Sequence record: SRR31156797_11091
Reading direction: 5' to 3' (one strand)
Length of the DNA stretch: 39,567 bases
Below the pieces are notes generated by a model, which worked only from the letters and a program-made list of their open reading frames with translations, searched no databases and was not told the origin of the DNA. Below, one piece after another: positions 1-11,134 of the stretch; position 1 is the stretch's first letter, and each line of letters opens with the position of its first letter. Made by a program: the position numbers and the translations under genes.

Positions 1-28
1 GTGCTCTAACCAGCTGAGCTACGTAGCC
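1..28 (-). tRNA. 5' part of a tRNA, probably elongator tRNA-Met (truncated by the window edge)
   Basis: Reverse complement reads GGCTACGTAGCTCAGCTGGTTAGAGCAC (acceptor 5' strand plus D-arm), nearly identical to the start of gammaproteobacterial tRNA-Met(m). The anticodon lies outside the window. Confidence 0.8.
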
Positions 29-71
29 ATACATTTTTGCTTCAGAGATAAGTTGCCTTATCGCTGAGAAC

Positions 72-120
72 GGTGCGCATTATGCGGATCTGCTCGAAGA
101 GCGTCAATAGTTTTTTTAAA
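72..120 (-). promoter_or_regulatory. sigma70 stable-RNA promoter for the tRNA
   Basis: Minus strand: TTGACG (107-102), 17-bp spacer, CATAAT (84-79), GC-rich discriminator GCGCACC, and an A-tract UP-like element upstream. Confidence 0.8.
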
Positions 121-261
121 TAAATCCCGCCAAATCAGCCGTTCGACTTTTTTTTAAACAAAGAGGCGTGTTTATGATCAAAAACTCATGAGGAATTACC
201 AAAATCATTGAGTTTACCTATTACTAATTATTTACATTTCTCTAGGTTTACTCTTTGTCCT

Positions 262-295
262 AAAAAGAAAAAAGCCAACCGAGTGGTTGGCTTTT
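262..295 (-). terminator. Intrinsic terminator of ychF
   Basis: Hairpin AAAAGCCAACC-GAGT-GGTTGGCTTTT with a U-tract on the minus strand just after the ychF stop. Confidence 0.8.
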
Positions 296-317
296 GTTCA
301 ATTCTGTCTGATTAAGA

Positions 318-1409
318 TTAAACGTTGAAACGGAAGTGAACCACATCGCCATCTTTAACGATGTACTCTTTACCTTCTAAACGCCATTTACCTGCTTCTT
401 TCGCGCCGCTTTCACCATTAAATTGGATAAAGTCGTCGTAACCAACAACTTCAGCACGGATGAAACCTTTTTCAAAGTCAGTGTGAATCTTACCTGCTGC
501 TTTTGGAGCTGTAGCACCGATTGGAATAGTCCAAGCGCGAACTTCTTTAACACCCGCAGTGAAGTAAGTGTGAAGTTCTAGCAGTTCGTAACCAGCACGA
601 ATTACTCGGTTAAGACCAGGCTCTTCGATACCCATGTCAGCTAGGAACTCTTCACGCTCATCATCTTCTAGTTCAGAAAGCTCAGATTCAATTGCCGCAC
701 ATACAGGTACTACAACGTTGTTTTCTTTTTCTGCAAACTCGCGAACAGCGTCAAGATACGGGTTATCTTCAAAACCGTCTTCATTCACGTTTGCGATGTA
801 CATTGTTGGCTTAAGCGTCAAGAAGTTTAGGTAGCCAATAGCTGCCGCTTCTTCTTTGGATAGTTCAACAGTACGAGCCATACCACCTTCAGTTAGAACA
901 GGTAGTAGCTTTTCAAGAACAGTTAACTCGAACTTAGCGTCTTTGTCGCCGCCTTTTGCTTTCTTCGCATTACGTTGAATAGCACGCTCACAAGAATCCA
1001 GATCTGCCATAGCAAGTTCTAGGTTGATCACTTCAATATCTTCAATTGGCGACACTTTGCCCGCTACGTGTACGATGTTTTCATTTTCAAAACAACGAAC
1101 AACGTGACCGATAGCGTCAGTTTCGCGGATGTTAGCTAGGAACTTGTTACCTAAGCCTTCACCTTTAGACGCGCCGGCAACAAGCCCAGCAATGTCTACG
1201 AATTCCATTGTTGTTGGAAGGACGCGCTGAGGATTTACGATTTTCGCTAGAGCATCTAGACGAAGATCTGGAACCGGTACGACACCAGTGTTTGGTTCGA
1301 TAGTACAAAACGGGAAGTTCGCCGCTTCGATACCTGCTTTTGTTAGTGCATTGAAAAGTGTAGATTTACCAACGTTTGGTAAACCAACAATGCCACATTT
1401 AAAACCCAT
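318..1409 (-). CDS. ychF: Redox-regulated ATPase YchF (Obg family)
   Basis: [13 protein letters not shown]-loop, [17 protein letters not shown]-terminal TGS domain; 363 aa. Confidence 0.98.
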   Translation of the reverse strand: MGFKCGIVGLPNVGKSTLFNALTKAGIEAANFPFCTIEPNTGVVPVPDLRLDALAKIVNPQRVLPTTMEFVDIAGLVAGASKGEGLGNKFLANIRETDAIGHVVRCFENENIVHVAGKVSPIEDIEVINLELAMADLDSCERAIQRNAKKAKGGDKDAKFELTVLEKLLPVLTEGGMARTVELSKEEAAAIGYLNFLTLKPTMYIANVNEDGFEDNPYLDAVREFAEKENNVVVPVCAAIESELSELEDDEREEFLADMGIEEPGLNRVIRAGYELLELHTYFTAGVKEVRAWTIPIGATAPKAAGKIHTDFEKGFIRAEVVGYDDFIQFNGESGAKEAGKWRLEGKEYIVKDGDVVHFRFNV

Positions 1410-1419
1410 GACTGTAACC

Positions 1420-2010
1420 TTATTCAGCTTTGAACGTGTGTAAGCGATTTTGCGCTTTTGTTAGGCCATCTTTAAGTAAGATATCTAGGCTGCGTACCGA
1501 CTCATCGACGGTTGCGTCTAATTGTTCCTGCTCTTTAGCTGGAGCTTTGCCTAACACATAGCCTGCGACTTTATCTTTATGTCCCGGATGACCAATGCCT
1601 ATCCGCAGACGATAGAATTCTTTGTTGTTGCCTAGTTTGCTAATGGTGTCTTTCAAACCATTATGACCACCATGTCCGCCGCCTTTTTTAAATTTTGCGA
1701 CTCCTGGTGGAAGGTCGAGTTCATCGTGGGCAACCATGATCTCTTCTGGTTTTATTTGGTAGAACTTTGCTAATGCAGCCACAGCTTTACCAGATAAATT
1801 CATGAACGTTGTCGGAATCAATAAGCGTAAATCTTCGCCATTGACCATAATACGTCCAGTTAAACCGAAGAATTTTGCTTCATTCTTCAGCGTCGTATTA
1901 TGAATACGAGCCAATTCTTCGACGACCCATGCTCCGGCATTGTGTCGAGTTCTCGTATATTCTGGGCCAGGATTCGCCAGACCGACAAGTAATTTAATTG
2001 GTTGACTCAA
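1420..2010 (-). CDS. pth: Peptidyl-tRNA hydrolase
   Basis: [25 protein letters not shown] motifs. Likely TTG start at 2010 ([10 protein letters not shown]) after an AAGGGA SD; the ORF track extends to 2079. Confidence 0.97.
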   Translation of the reverse strand: MSQPIKLLVGLANPGPEYTRTRHNAGAWVVEELARIHNTTLKNEAKFFGLTGRIMVNGEDLRLLIPTTFMNLSGKAVAALAKFYQIKPEEIMVAHDELDLPPGVAKFKKGGGHGGHNGLKDTISKLGNNKEFYRLRIGIGHPGHKDKVAGYVLGKAPAKEQEQLDATVDESVRSLDILLKDGLTKAQNRLHTFKAE

Positions 2011-2116
2011 AGCTAGATCCCTTAGGAAACGAAAAAAGCGCGGTATGATAGCACAGAAAATCCCTTTGGCGCGAGGCACAAAGGGATTTGATAGAAATGA
2101 ACAATATATTTAAGCC

Positions 2117-2524
2117 TTACCGCATTCTAACCACATTGGTTTGTTGTTTTTGCTTCATTTCAGCAAAGCTGATAACGAATGGCGAAGCTTGCCTCACATC
2201 ATGCGGGAGATACGAGATAGCATTTCGAGCTTCATCTTTGCTGGCAAAGTCGCCAGCCGTCACCGCATACCATTGAGTACCTCGGCTGGTTTTCCAGTTT
2301 ACCCACACTGGGTGCTTAGGATCGATATTTCGAATGTACTGTTTGATGTCTTTTTCTTGTTTTAAAGCCAGAACCTGAACGGTAAAGTGATTCGGGTTCA
2401 TATATCCGTACGCATCTTCGGATGTCATCACACCGACACATTGAGCTGAACTGTCTGGCTGTGTTCCTAATGGAGTACAACCAATTAAAATCATCGATAA
2501 GGCGATAGATAGAACTTTGTACAC
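2117..2524 (-). CDS. Putative SPOR-domain lipoprotein
   Basis: Signal with lipobox LIGC. C-terminal FTVQVLAL...WYAVTAGDFASKDEARNAISYLP...PFV resembles the DamX-type SPOR domain. GTG at 2524 follows a GGAG SD; the ORF track starts at 2551. Confidence 0.75.
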   Translation of the reverse strand: MYKVLSIALSMILIGCTPLGTQPDSSAQCVGVMTSEDAYGYMNPNHFTVQVLALKQEKDIKQYIRNIDPKHPVWVNWKTSRGTQWYAVTAGDFASKDEARNAISYLPHDVRQASPFVISFAEMKQKQQTNVVRMR

Positions 2525-2705
2525 TCTCTGCTCCGAATTTCTTGTAGTCACTTAGGCTTTGTTAGGCCGATATTTGTCGGGGAAGCTACTGACAAATATG
2601 GGTGACTTCAACCCTATATAGCGACATATCAGTAGTTTCAGAAATGCCCTATATGGTTATCATTTTCTACCGTAGCGGGAGAGTGTCTTTTGTACTTTTG
2701 ACCAT

Positions 2706-2738
2706 AAAAAAAGCGCTTCAATAAATGAAGCGCTTTTT
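2706..2738 (-). terminator. Intrinsic terminator of prs
   Basis: Hairpin AAAAAGCGCTTCA-ATAAA-TGAAGCGCTTTTT just after the prs stop. Confidence 0.85.
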
Positions 2739-2757
2739 GAAAGATATTTAACTCTAC

Positions 2758-3702
2758 TTAGTTGAACATCGCAGAGATTGATTCTTCGTTGCTAATACGA
2801 CGAATCGCTTCAGCGAGCATGGTAGAAAGTGTCAACTGAGTCACTTTACCTGTTGCTGCCATCTCTTTAGGAAGTGTAATTGAGTCAGTGATGATCACTT
2901 GGTCAAGAACAGAGTTTTTGATGTTCTTAGCTGCGTTTCCAGAGAAAACTGCGTGTGTAGCATAAGCAAATACGCGCTTAGCACCACGGTTTTTCAAAGC
3001 TTCAGCTGCTTTACATAATGTGCCGCCAGTGTCGATCATGTCATCAACGATCACACAGTCGCGACCTTCAACATCACCGATTAGGTTCATTACTTCAGAA
3101 ACGTTTGCACGTGGGCGACGCTTATCAACGATAGCGATGTCTACATCACCCAGTGCTTTTGCTGTTGCTCGAGCACGAACAACACCGCCAAGGTCTGGAG
3201 ATACCACAACTGGATCGACTAAATCACGAGCTTTCATGTCTTCAAGAAGAACTGGAGTACCGAAGATGTTATCTACAGGTACATCGAAGAAGCCTTGAAT
3301 TTGCTCAGCGTGTAGGTCGATAGTAAGAACGCGGTCAACACCAACGTTAGAAAGGAAGTCTGCAACTACTTTTGCAGTAATTGGCACACGAGCAGAACGC
3401 ACACGGCGGTCCTGACGAGCGTAACCAAAGTAAGGGATAACAGCAGTAATACGGCCTGCTGAAGCACGGCGCATAGCATCAATCATTACAACGAGTTCCA
3501 TTAGGTTGTCGTTGGTTGGTTTACAAGTTGATTGAATTAGAAATACGTCGCTACCACGAACATTTTCATTGATTTGTACAGCTACTTCACCGTCGGAAAA
3601 ACGAGAAACAGTAGCATCACCTAGAGAGATGTATAGGCGTTCAGCAATACGTTGTGCTAGTTCGGGTGTGGCATTACCAGCAAATAGCTTCATATCAGGC
3701 AC
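2758..3702 (-). CDS. prs: Ribose-phosphate pyrophosphokinase
   Basis: [34 protein letters not shown] start. Confidence 0.98.
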   Translation of the reverse strand: MPDMKLFAGNATPELAQRIAERLYISLGDATVSRFSDGEVAVQINENVRGSDVFLIQSTCKPTNDNLMELVVMIDAMRRASAGRITAVIPYFGYARQDRRVRSARVPITAKVVADFLSNVGVDRVLTIDLHAEQIQGFFDVPVDNIFGTPVLLEDMKARDLVDPVVVSPDLGGVVRARATAKALGDVDIAIVDKRRPRANVSEVMNLIGDVEGRDCVIVDDMIDTGGTLCKAAEALKNRGAKRVFAYATHAVFSGNAAKNIKNSVLDQVIITDSITLPKEMAATGKVTQLTLSTMLAEAIRRISNEESISAMFN

Positions 3703-3731
3703 GGTGGAAACCTCGGGGTTGCGTCCAGTGT

Positions 3732-4601
3732 TTAATTAGATTGGGGTTGGCTGTGGTACTTAGCCAGTGTCTCTTTTAGCGGTGAAACATTGCGCCCTTG
3801 GGCAACAAACGCTGAGACAGTGTCAGGTAGTTGAGCCAGAACATTTTTTGCCTCATTTTCGCTCAAAAATTCAGCAAAAACGCAAGATCCTGTTCCGGTC
3901 AATCTTGACGGCGCATATTGTAGCAGCCAAGAAAGTTTCTTATCAACCTCTGGATAGAGCAAACGGACAATTTTTTCGCAATCGTTTTCGTAAGTGGTGC
4001 TTATAAGTGTTGATAAATCACGTTTTGCCGTGTTTCGAGTCAAATCCGGGTGGCAGAAGATATCTTTAGTCGCGATGCTGACATTGGGTCGGACAACCAG
4101 AAACCACTTCTCTTCGGCTTCTACTGGGGTTAATTTTTCACCTACTCCTTCTGCAAAAGCTGCGAATCCACGAATGAAAACAGGCACGTCTGCGCCGAGT
4201 CTTAGGCCAATATCAGCTAGTTCGTCATCAGACAGATTGGTTTGCCATAGATAGTTTAGTGCGACTAAGACGGTTGCTGCATTTGAAGAGCCGCCACCAA
4301 TTCCGCCACCCATAGGAAGAATTTTAGTGAGCTGGATATCTGCGCCTAACGAACAGTGAGTTTTTTCTTGCAGAGCGATTGCCGCTTTGTAGATCAGATT
4401 GTCTTCGTTTTTTACTCCCTCAATCTGCGGCGTTATGGTGATTTCACCACTATCGTTGGCAGTGATAGCGAGTTCATCGCCATAATCAAGGAACTGGAAA
4501 AGAGTTTGGAGTTCGTGGTACCCATCAGTGCGTTGACCTGTAATGTATAAAAACAGGTTGAGTTTTGCTGGCGATGGCCAAACGGTTTTACCGTCAATCA
4601 T
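3732..4601 (-). CDS. ispE: 4-diphosphocytidyl-2-C-methyl-D-erythritol kinase
   Basis: [34 protein letters not shown] motif, LTGTGS. ATG at 4601 overlaps the lolB stop (ATGA). Confidence 0.97.
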   Translation of the reverse strand: MIDGKTVWPSPAKLNLFLYITGQRTDGYHELQTLFQFLDYGDELAITANDSGEITITPQIEGVKNEDNLIYKAAIALQEKTHCSLGADIQLTKILPMGGGIGGGSSNAATVLVALNYLWQTNLSDDELADIGLRLGADVPVFIRGFAAFAEGVGEKLTPVEAEEKWFLVVRPNVSIATKDIFCHPDLTRNTAKRDLSTLISTTYENDCEKIVRLLYPEVDKKLSWLLQYAPSRLTGTGSCVFAEFLSENEAKNVLAQLPDTVSAFVAQGRNVSPLKETLAKYHSQPQSN

Positions 4602-5209
4602 TGGGGAAATATCCATTTTGAGATAACAAGCTTAATGGTTGTCTTGTGTTGCGAGAGTTCGATTCGGTCAGGTAGGGGAACACGGTTATGGTTCCAATCA
4701 AACTCTTTGTAACGAGTGTACTTCACATGCCAGTTTTGTCGGCCGGACGACTTATCTAAAGAAGCGAGGGTATTCGTTTCGTTTAGCTCAAAACTATCCG
4801 CTTGAGTTGGAAGGCCGAGAACCCAATCTTGTAAATCGTCGACCGGAATGTCTAACCCTGTCAGTCGGTAGATAAGTTGTTGACCATTAGATGCTTGAAA
4901 GTACTGATCATCGTAGGTTTCAACTGACGCGCCAGCTGCTGTCATGTTTAAGCTCAATACCGTTTGACCTAAGAAGTTGGTCAAGCGTAACTGGCTTTTA
5001 TCGGAATGCTTTTGCCATTGAAAATTTAACGACTCTCGCTGTTCTGGTGAGATGTAACCTATTTTGCCGACGACTTGATAACGGTCGATTTGTTGCAGTT
5101 TTTGTTGGTGGGCTTGCCATTGAACGTCGACAATCGGTTCAGGAACAGAACTACAACCGAATAGGACGAGTAGTAGTGTGAAGATAAAAAATCGACGGGT
5201 ATTTATCAT
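4598..5209 (-). CDS. lolB: Outer-membrane lipoprotein LolB
   Basis: Lipobox [20 protein letters not shown]...WVLGLP; position between hemA and ispE. Start uncertain (5209 vs 5233/5242). Confidence 0.93.
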   Translation of the reverse strand: MINTRRFFIFTLLLVLFGCSSVPEPIVDVQWQAHQQKLQQIDRYQVVGKIGYISPEQRESLNFQWQKHSDKSQLRLTNFLGQTVLSLNMTAAGASVETYDDQYFQASNGQQLIYRLTGLDIPVDDLQDWVLGLPTQADSFELNETNTLASLDKSSGRQNWHVKYTRYKEFDWNHNRVPLPDRIELSQHKTTIKLVISKWIFPQ

Positions 5210-5371
5210 TGTAAATGCTCGTTTTTTGTTCATCAGACCCATAAGAAGAGGGTTACTATATCATTGATATCACGAACTCGGGAAAACAAATCCTCGTTAC
5301 TCTTTCAATCATAAGGGGCATAAAGTAAAATTCTGCCCCTAATTCATTTCTTATCAGAGAATCCTCAATAG

Positions 5372-6631
5372 ATGTCTTTGCTTGCTATTGGTATCAATCA
5401 CAATACAGCTTCGGTTGAGTTGCGCGAAAAAGTGGCTTTTGGGCCAGACAAATTGTCTGATGCTCTAAGTCAGCTGTCTTCAAGCTCACACGTTAATGGA
5501 AGTGTTATTCTTTCAACGTGTAACCGTACTGAAATTTACTGTGATGTGAAACCTTCGAGTAAGAACAAACTGATTGAGTGGTTAACTCAGTTTCATCAGG
5601 TTAATCCTCAAGATTTGAAGCCTAGTTTGTATATTCATGAAGATCAGGCGGCGATTCGTCATCTAATGCGAGTTTCCTGCGGCTTGGATTCTTTGGTGCT
5701 GGGTGAACCGCAAATTCTTGGGCAGGTGAAACAAGCTTATGCTGATTCGCGTGAGAGCGATGCGGTAGATTCATCATTGGATAAATGGTTCCAAAAAGCC
5801 TTTTCTGTTGCCAAGCGAGTAAGAACAGAAACCGAGATTGGTGGCAGTGCGGTATCTGTCGCTTATGCTGCCTGTACGCTGGCAAAGCATATTTTTGAAT
5901 CTTTAGCGGATGCTACCGTTCTTTTGGTCGGAGCTGGTGAGACGATTGAGCTTGTGGCGAAACACCTTGCCGGACACAATTGTAAGCGAATGATTGTAGC
6001 TAACCGTACCCGAGAGCGTGCTCTCGGGCTGGCAGAAGAGTTTGACGCGGAAGTGATAGCGTTAAATGAAATCCCAGATTATCTACATTATGCGGACATC
6101 GTAATCAGTTCTACAGCTAGTCCTTTGCCTATTATTGGTAAGGGGATGGTGGAAAGTTCTCTGAAGACTCGACGTCATCAACCTATGCTATTTATTGATA
6201 TCGCAGTACCGCGTGATATTGAGTCTCAGGTAGGTGACTTAAATGATGCTTATCTCTATACCGTGGATGATTTACAATCTATTGTAGATAGCAATATTGA
6301 GCAGCGAAAAGTAGAAGCGATACAAGCTGAAGCGATCGTGAGTGAAGAGAGTGCGGCATTCATGAGTTGGATGCGCTCGCTACAAGCGGTTGACAGTATT
6401 CGTGACTATCGCAAGTCTGCCAATGAAATACGCGAAGATCTGTTAAATAAAAGTCTACAGGCTCTCGCCGCTGGCGGAGACCCAGAAAAACTACTAGTCG
6501 AGCTAAGCAATAAGCTGACTAATAAACTTATTCATACCCCAACACGAGCGATGCAAAGCGCTGCGGAGTTAGGTGAACCGGCAAAACTTGCCATTATCAG
6601 ACAAAGCTTAGGTCTCGAAGACTCTAAGTAA
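5372..6631 (+). CDS. hemA: Glutamyl-tRNA reductase
   Basis: [37 protein letters not shown]. Confidence 0.98.
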   Translation: MSLLAIGINHNTASVELREKVAFGPDKLSDALSQLSSSSHVNGSVILSTCNRTEIYCDVKPSSKNKLIEWLTQFHQVNPQDLKPSLYIHEDQAAIRHLMRVSCGLDSLVLGEPQILGQVKQAYADSRESDAVDSSLDKWFQKAFSVAKRVRTETEIGGSAVSVAYAACTLAKHIFESLADATVLLVGAGETIELVAKHLAGHNCKRMIVANRTRERALGLAEEFDAEVIALNEIPDYLHYADIVISSTASPLPIIGKGMVESSLKTRRHQPMLFIDIAVPRDIESQVGDLNDAYLYTVDDLQSIVDSNIEQRKVEAIQAEAIVSEESAAFMSWMRSLQAVDSIRDYRKSANEIREDLLNKSLQALAAGGDPEKLLVELSNKLTNKLIHTPTRAMQSAAELGEPAKLAIIRQSLGLEDSK

Positions 6632-6635
6632 TTTG

Positions 6636-6686
6636 TATACTCAAGTAATCTCAAGATGCAGCTCTGAACCCTGCATCTTGAGTATA
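6636..6686. repeat. ERIC/MITE-like palindromic intergenic element (internally deleted)
   Basis: Terminal inverted repeats TATACTCAAG...CTTGAGTATA enclosing the hairpin CTCAAGATGCAG/CTGCATCTTGAG. Confidence 0.7.
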
Positions 6687-6711
6687 ACTTTGAATTTTTA
6701 AAGAAGAAATT

Positions 6712-7800
6712 ATGAACTCGTCGATTTTAGTTAAGCTTGAATCTCTCGTTGAACGTTATGAAGAGGTTCAACACCTGTTGGGCGATCCAACCGTTATTGG
6801 TGATCAAGATAAGTTCCGCGCTCTTTCAAAAGAGTACTCTCAGCTTGAGGAAATCACTAAGTGTTTCCAAGCCTACCAACAAGCGCAAGAAGATTTAGCA
6901 GCAGCCGAAGAGATGGCGAAAGAAGACGACGCTGAAATGCGTGAGATGGCTCAGGAAGAGATCAAAGATGCTAAAGCAGCGATTGAACGCCTCAATGATG
7001 AACTGCAAATTCTTCTGCTACCAAAAGATCCCAATGATGATCGTAACTGTTTCTTAGAAATCCGCGCAGGTGCGGGTGGCGATGAAGCTGGTATCTTTGC
7101 TGGTGACTTGTTCCGTATGTACAGCCGTTATGCTGAGAAAAAAGGTTGGCGTATCGAAGTGATGTCTTCAAATGAAGCGGAACACGGCGGATATAAAGAG
7201 ATGATCGCCAAAGTAAACGGTGATGGTGCTTACGGCGTATTGAAATTTGAATCCGGCGGTCACCGTGTTCAACGTGTTCCAGCAACGGAATCACAAGGCC
7301 GTGTTCATACTTCTGCCTGTACTGTGGCGGTGATGCCAGAAATTCCAGAAGCAGAAATTCCAGAAATTCGATCTGTTGATCTGAAAATCGATACTTTCCG
7401 TTCATCGGGCGCGGGTGGTCAGCACGTTAACACCACGGATTCTGCAATCCGTATTACTCACTTACCAACCGGTACAGTCGTTGAGTGTCAGGACGAACGT
7501 TCACAGCATAAGAACAAGGCGAAAGCGATGGCAGTGCTTGCTGCTCGTATTGCTCAAGCTGAAGAAGCGAAGCGTGCGGCTGAAGTGTCAGACACACGCC
7601 GTAACCTGTTAGGTTCGGGTGACCGTAGTGACCGTATTCGTACTTACAACTATCCACAAGGTCGTGTCTCTGATCACCGTATCAACCTAACAGTGTATCG
7701 TTTGAATGAAGTGATGGAAGGTGATTTGCAAGCCTTGGTTGATCCAGTATTGCAAGAGCACCAGGCGGACCAATTAGCAGCGCTTTCAGAGCAAAACTAA
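6712..7800 (+). CDS. prfA: Peptide chain release factor 1
   Basis: GGQ motif (GAGGQHVN), PAT stop-recognition tripeptide (RVPATES), hemA-prfA-prmC context. Confidence 0.98.
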   Translation: MNSSILVKLESLVERYEEVQHLLGDPTVIGDQDKFRALSKEYSQLEEITKCFQAYQQAQEDLAAAEEMAKEDDAEMREMAQEEIKDAKAAIERLNDELQILLLPKDPNDDRNCFLEIRAGAGGDEAGIFAGDLFRMYSRYAEKKGWRIEVMSSNEAEHGGYKEMIAKVNGDGAYGVLKFESGGHRVQRVPATESQGRVHTSACTVAVMPEIPEAEIPEIRSVDLKIDTFRSSGAGGQHVNTTDSAIRITHLPTGTVVECQDERSQHKNKAKAMAVLAARIAQAEEAKRAAEVSDTRRNLLGSGDRSDRIRTYNYPQGRVSDHRINLTVYRLNEVMEGDLQALVDPVLQEHQADQLAALSEQN

Positions 7801-7804
7801 TTTC

Positions 7805-8674
7805 ATGCCATTATCCATTGAGGCCACTTTAAAAGCGGCAACAGAGCAATTAATTGAGAGCGGCAGTGATTCGCCGTCTCTCGATGCCAGCGTGTTGCTT
7901 TGCCATGTTCTTGATAAACCGCGTTCATATCTACTAACTTGGCCTGAAAAAGAATTAACGACAGAGCAAGAAAGCAAATTGAATACCTTGCTTGCTCGTC
8001 GACTTTCCGGTGAACCTGTTGCTTATATTATCGGTGAGCGCGAATTTTGGTCACTACCGTTGAAAGTTTCTCCCTCCACCCTCATTCCACGTCCAGATAC
8101 CGAAAGATTAGTTGAAGTTGCACTAGATAAAGCCTTGCAAGCTGATGGTGATATTTTGGATTTGGGCACAGGGACGGGAGCTATTGCGTTAGCTTTAGCA
8201 TCTGAGTTACCTGAGCGTAAATTGATTGGTATTGATTTGCGTGAAGAAGCGCAGCAGCTAGCCACAGAAAATGCACAGCGTTTAAATATCAATAATGCCT
8301 CGTTTTTGCAGGGCAGTTGGTTCACCCCGCTTCAATCGGGTACAAAGTTTGCTTTGGTTGTTTCTAACCCACCGTATATTGAAGAAAATGATCCGCACTT
8401 GCTGGTTGGTGATGTTCGCTTCGAACCGAAAAGCGCCTTGGTCGCTGATGAGAATGGTTTGGCGGATATTAAATTGATCAGTGAGCAGGCGAGAAACTTC
8501 TTACTTGAAGGCGGGTGGGTCATGTTTGAACATGGTTATGATCAGGGCGTCGGCGTGAGAAACATACTGCAAAACTTTGCTTATCAATCGGTTGAAACAT
8601 TACAAGATTACGCTGGGAATGATCGCGTAACAATAGGCCAGTACAAAAAGAGGATTCTATGTACGAAGGGTTAA
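7805..8674 (+). CDS. prmC: Release factor glutamine methyltransferase
   Basis: LIPRPDTE, DLGTGTGAI, SNPPY. Confidence 0.97.
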   Translation: MPLSIEATLKAATEQLIESGSDSPSLDASVLLCHVLDKPRSYLLTWPEKELTTEQESKLNTLLARRLSGEPVAYIIGEREFWSLPLKVSPSTLIPRPDTERLVEVALDKALQADGDILDLGTGTGAIALALASELPERKLIGIDLREEAQQLATENAQRLNINNASFLQGSWFTPLQSGTKFALVVSNPPYIEENDPHLLVGDVRFEPKSALVADENGLADIKLISEQARNFLLEGGWVMFEHGYDQGVGVRNILQNFAYQSVETLQDYAGNDRVTIGQYKKRILCTKG

Positions 8675-9042
8675 AACACTTTCACATGCTGACCATTGCA
8701 ATCAGCGCGCTATTGCTTTCGATTCGTTATGTGCTTTTGATGATGAATTCAAAACACTTACAGCATAAGTTTTTAAAAATCGCCCCACATGTGGTGGATA
8801 CCTTTTTAATTCTGTCAGGCATTGGCCTGATTGTTGTCACTGGGTTTATTCCGTTTACATCAGCCGCGCCGTGGATGACGGAAAAATTAACCTGTGTTAT
8901 TGCTTATATCGCGCTGGGCTTCTTTACCCTTAAACTGGCTCGCAACAACCTGCTACGCACATTTGCCTTCTTTGGTGCGCTGGGTTGGTTAGGAATGGCG
9001 GGTAAAGTTGCCGTGACAAAAATGCCAGTATTTTTCGGTTAA
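8659..9042 (+). CDS. SirB2 (YchQ-like) membrane protein
   Basis: Four hydrophobic segments, PHVVDT, WMTEKL; conserved position after prmC. Confidence 0.85.
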   Translation: MYEGLKHFHMLTIAISALLLSIRYVLLMMNSKHLQHKFLKIAPHVVDTFLILSGIGLIVVTGFIPFTSAAPWMTEKLTCVIAYIALGFFTLKLARNNLLRTFAFFGALGWLGMAGKVAVTKMPVFFG

Positions 9043-9065
9043 TATACTCAAGTTACTTGAGTATA
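9043..9065. repeat. Collapsed copy of the ERIC/MITE-like element
   Basis: Palindrome TATACTCAAGT-T-ACTTGAGTATA with the same termini as 6636-6686. Confidence 0.7.
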
Positions 9066-9106
9066 AAAATTATTAGGTCAATGAGACCTTATGGAAGAGT
9101 TGTTCA

Positions 9107-9916
9107 ATGCTTGATTTATTTGATGAAGATTTCGATGAGATGGAATTGGTTGAAGGTGCATTGGTCCTCAACAAAGCCATCAATCCAGAAACTCAAGTAG
9201 AATGGGCAGAGCAAGAGCTATCCCGTCTGCTTGAAAACGCGGAATCTACACTGTCTGCGATGAGTGATGAAAAAGAACGTTTCGACGCTTTTCTACACTT
9301 ATTCTATTCAGAGTGGGGTTTTATCGGCGATACCGAAGCCTACTATGAATCGCATAACGCTTTTATTGATAAAGTTTTGGAACGCCGCAAAGGTGTTCCT
9401 GTGAGCTTAGGTGCTTTACTTCTATATTTCGGCCGTAAACTGGGTTTTCCATTGCAAGGGGTTACTTTTCCAACGCAATTTTTACTTCAGGTAAATTGGC
9501 CAGATGAAGTGACACGCTACCTCAACCCTTTTAGCGGTGAGTACGTCACCAACCATACCTTACAAGCATGGTTAATTGGTTTAAAAGGCCCGCTGGCAAA
9601 ACTGAAGTCTGAACACCTGAAAGCGACAGACCATCCGACCATTATTGGTCGTTGGCTTGCGCTGTTGAAAAGTGCTCTGTTAAGAGAAGAGAGCTACACT
9701 CTAGCACTGCGATGTACCGATTTGGCGCTAACGTTTGTTCCGGATGATCCGTACGAAATTCGTGATAGAGGCTATATTTATCAACAACTCGATTGTCATC
9801 AGGTCGCGATGTCCGATTATCAGTTCTTTATCGACAATTGCCCGGACGATCCAGCAGCAGAATTATTAAAAACTCAAATGCACGCCCTCAGCAACAATGC
9901 TGTGACCTTGCATTAA
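9107..9916 (+). CDS. SirB1 / YchA family protein (transglutaminase-like core plus TPR)
   Basis: VLERRKGVPVSL, FPTQFLL, PDDPYEIRDRG TPR; position before kdsA. Confidence 0.88.
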   Translation: MLDLFDEDFDEMELVEGALVLNKAINPETQVEWAEQELSRLLENAESTLSAMSDEKERFDAFLHLFYSEWGFIGDTEAYYESHNAFIDKVLERRKGVPVSLGALLLYFGRKLGFPLQGVTFPTQFLLQVNWPDEVTRYLNPFSGEYVTNHTLQAWLIGLKGPLAKLKSEHLKATDHPTIIGRWLALLKSALLREESYTLALRCTDLALTFVPDDPYEIRDRGYIYQQLDCHQVAMSDYQFFIDNCPDDPAAELLKTQMHALSNNAVTLH

Positions 9917-9930
9917 TCAAAAAGAGATAA

Positions 9931-10785
<855 letters not shown>

Positions 10786-10803
10786 ACTTATCGTTTTGTT
10801 ATT

Positions 10804-10826
10804 AAACCACTCTCGGGTGGTTTTTT
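10804..10826 (+). terminator. Intrinsic terminator of kdsA
   Basis: Hairpin AAACCACT-CTC-GGGTGGTTTTTT with U-tract. Confidence 0.75.
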
Positions 10827-11134
10827 ATTACCCAGAATTTGATGGCAAAACGTTGAGTAAACGATTTCATTCACAAATTCTTGTGACTAATTCAATTAAA
10901 AGTAAAAAAAAGCACGGCAATCAACTAATTTTATCTATTGGCAGAGTTAATGATTAGGTTTCTGGTGTTACTCGTGTGATCGAGTGAAGGTTACGGTGAA
11001 ACATCTCTGCCAATTGATTGAAATTATTGTGGGTTAGTTCGGTTTTTAACACTCTTTTCTTGGACTTCGAACTCAGTCCTTAGTCCTAGATTAGGCCTAA
11101 AATTATTAGTAGTGGTTTTCATCAGCTCAAAGGT

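Noticed and set aside
1..317. tRNA-associated genomic island
   Set aside because: Only the tRNA 5' end and promoter are in view; islands usually attach at the 3' end, and no integrase is present
2011..2079. N-terminal extensions in the ORF track (pth; similarly bcp, gcvR, bepA, DUF2956, ispE)
   Set aside because: Downstream starts fit SD positions or the usual family N-termini better; the extensions overlap promoter or neighbouring sequence
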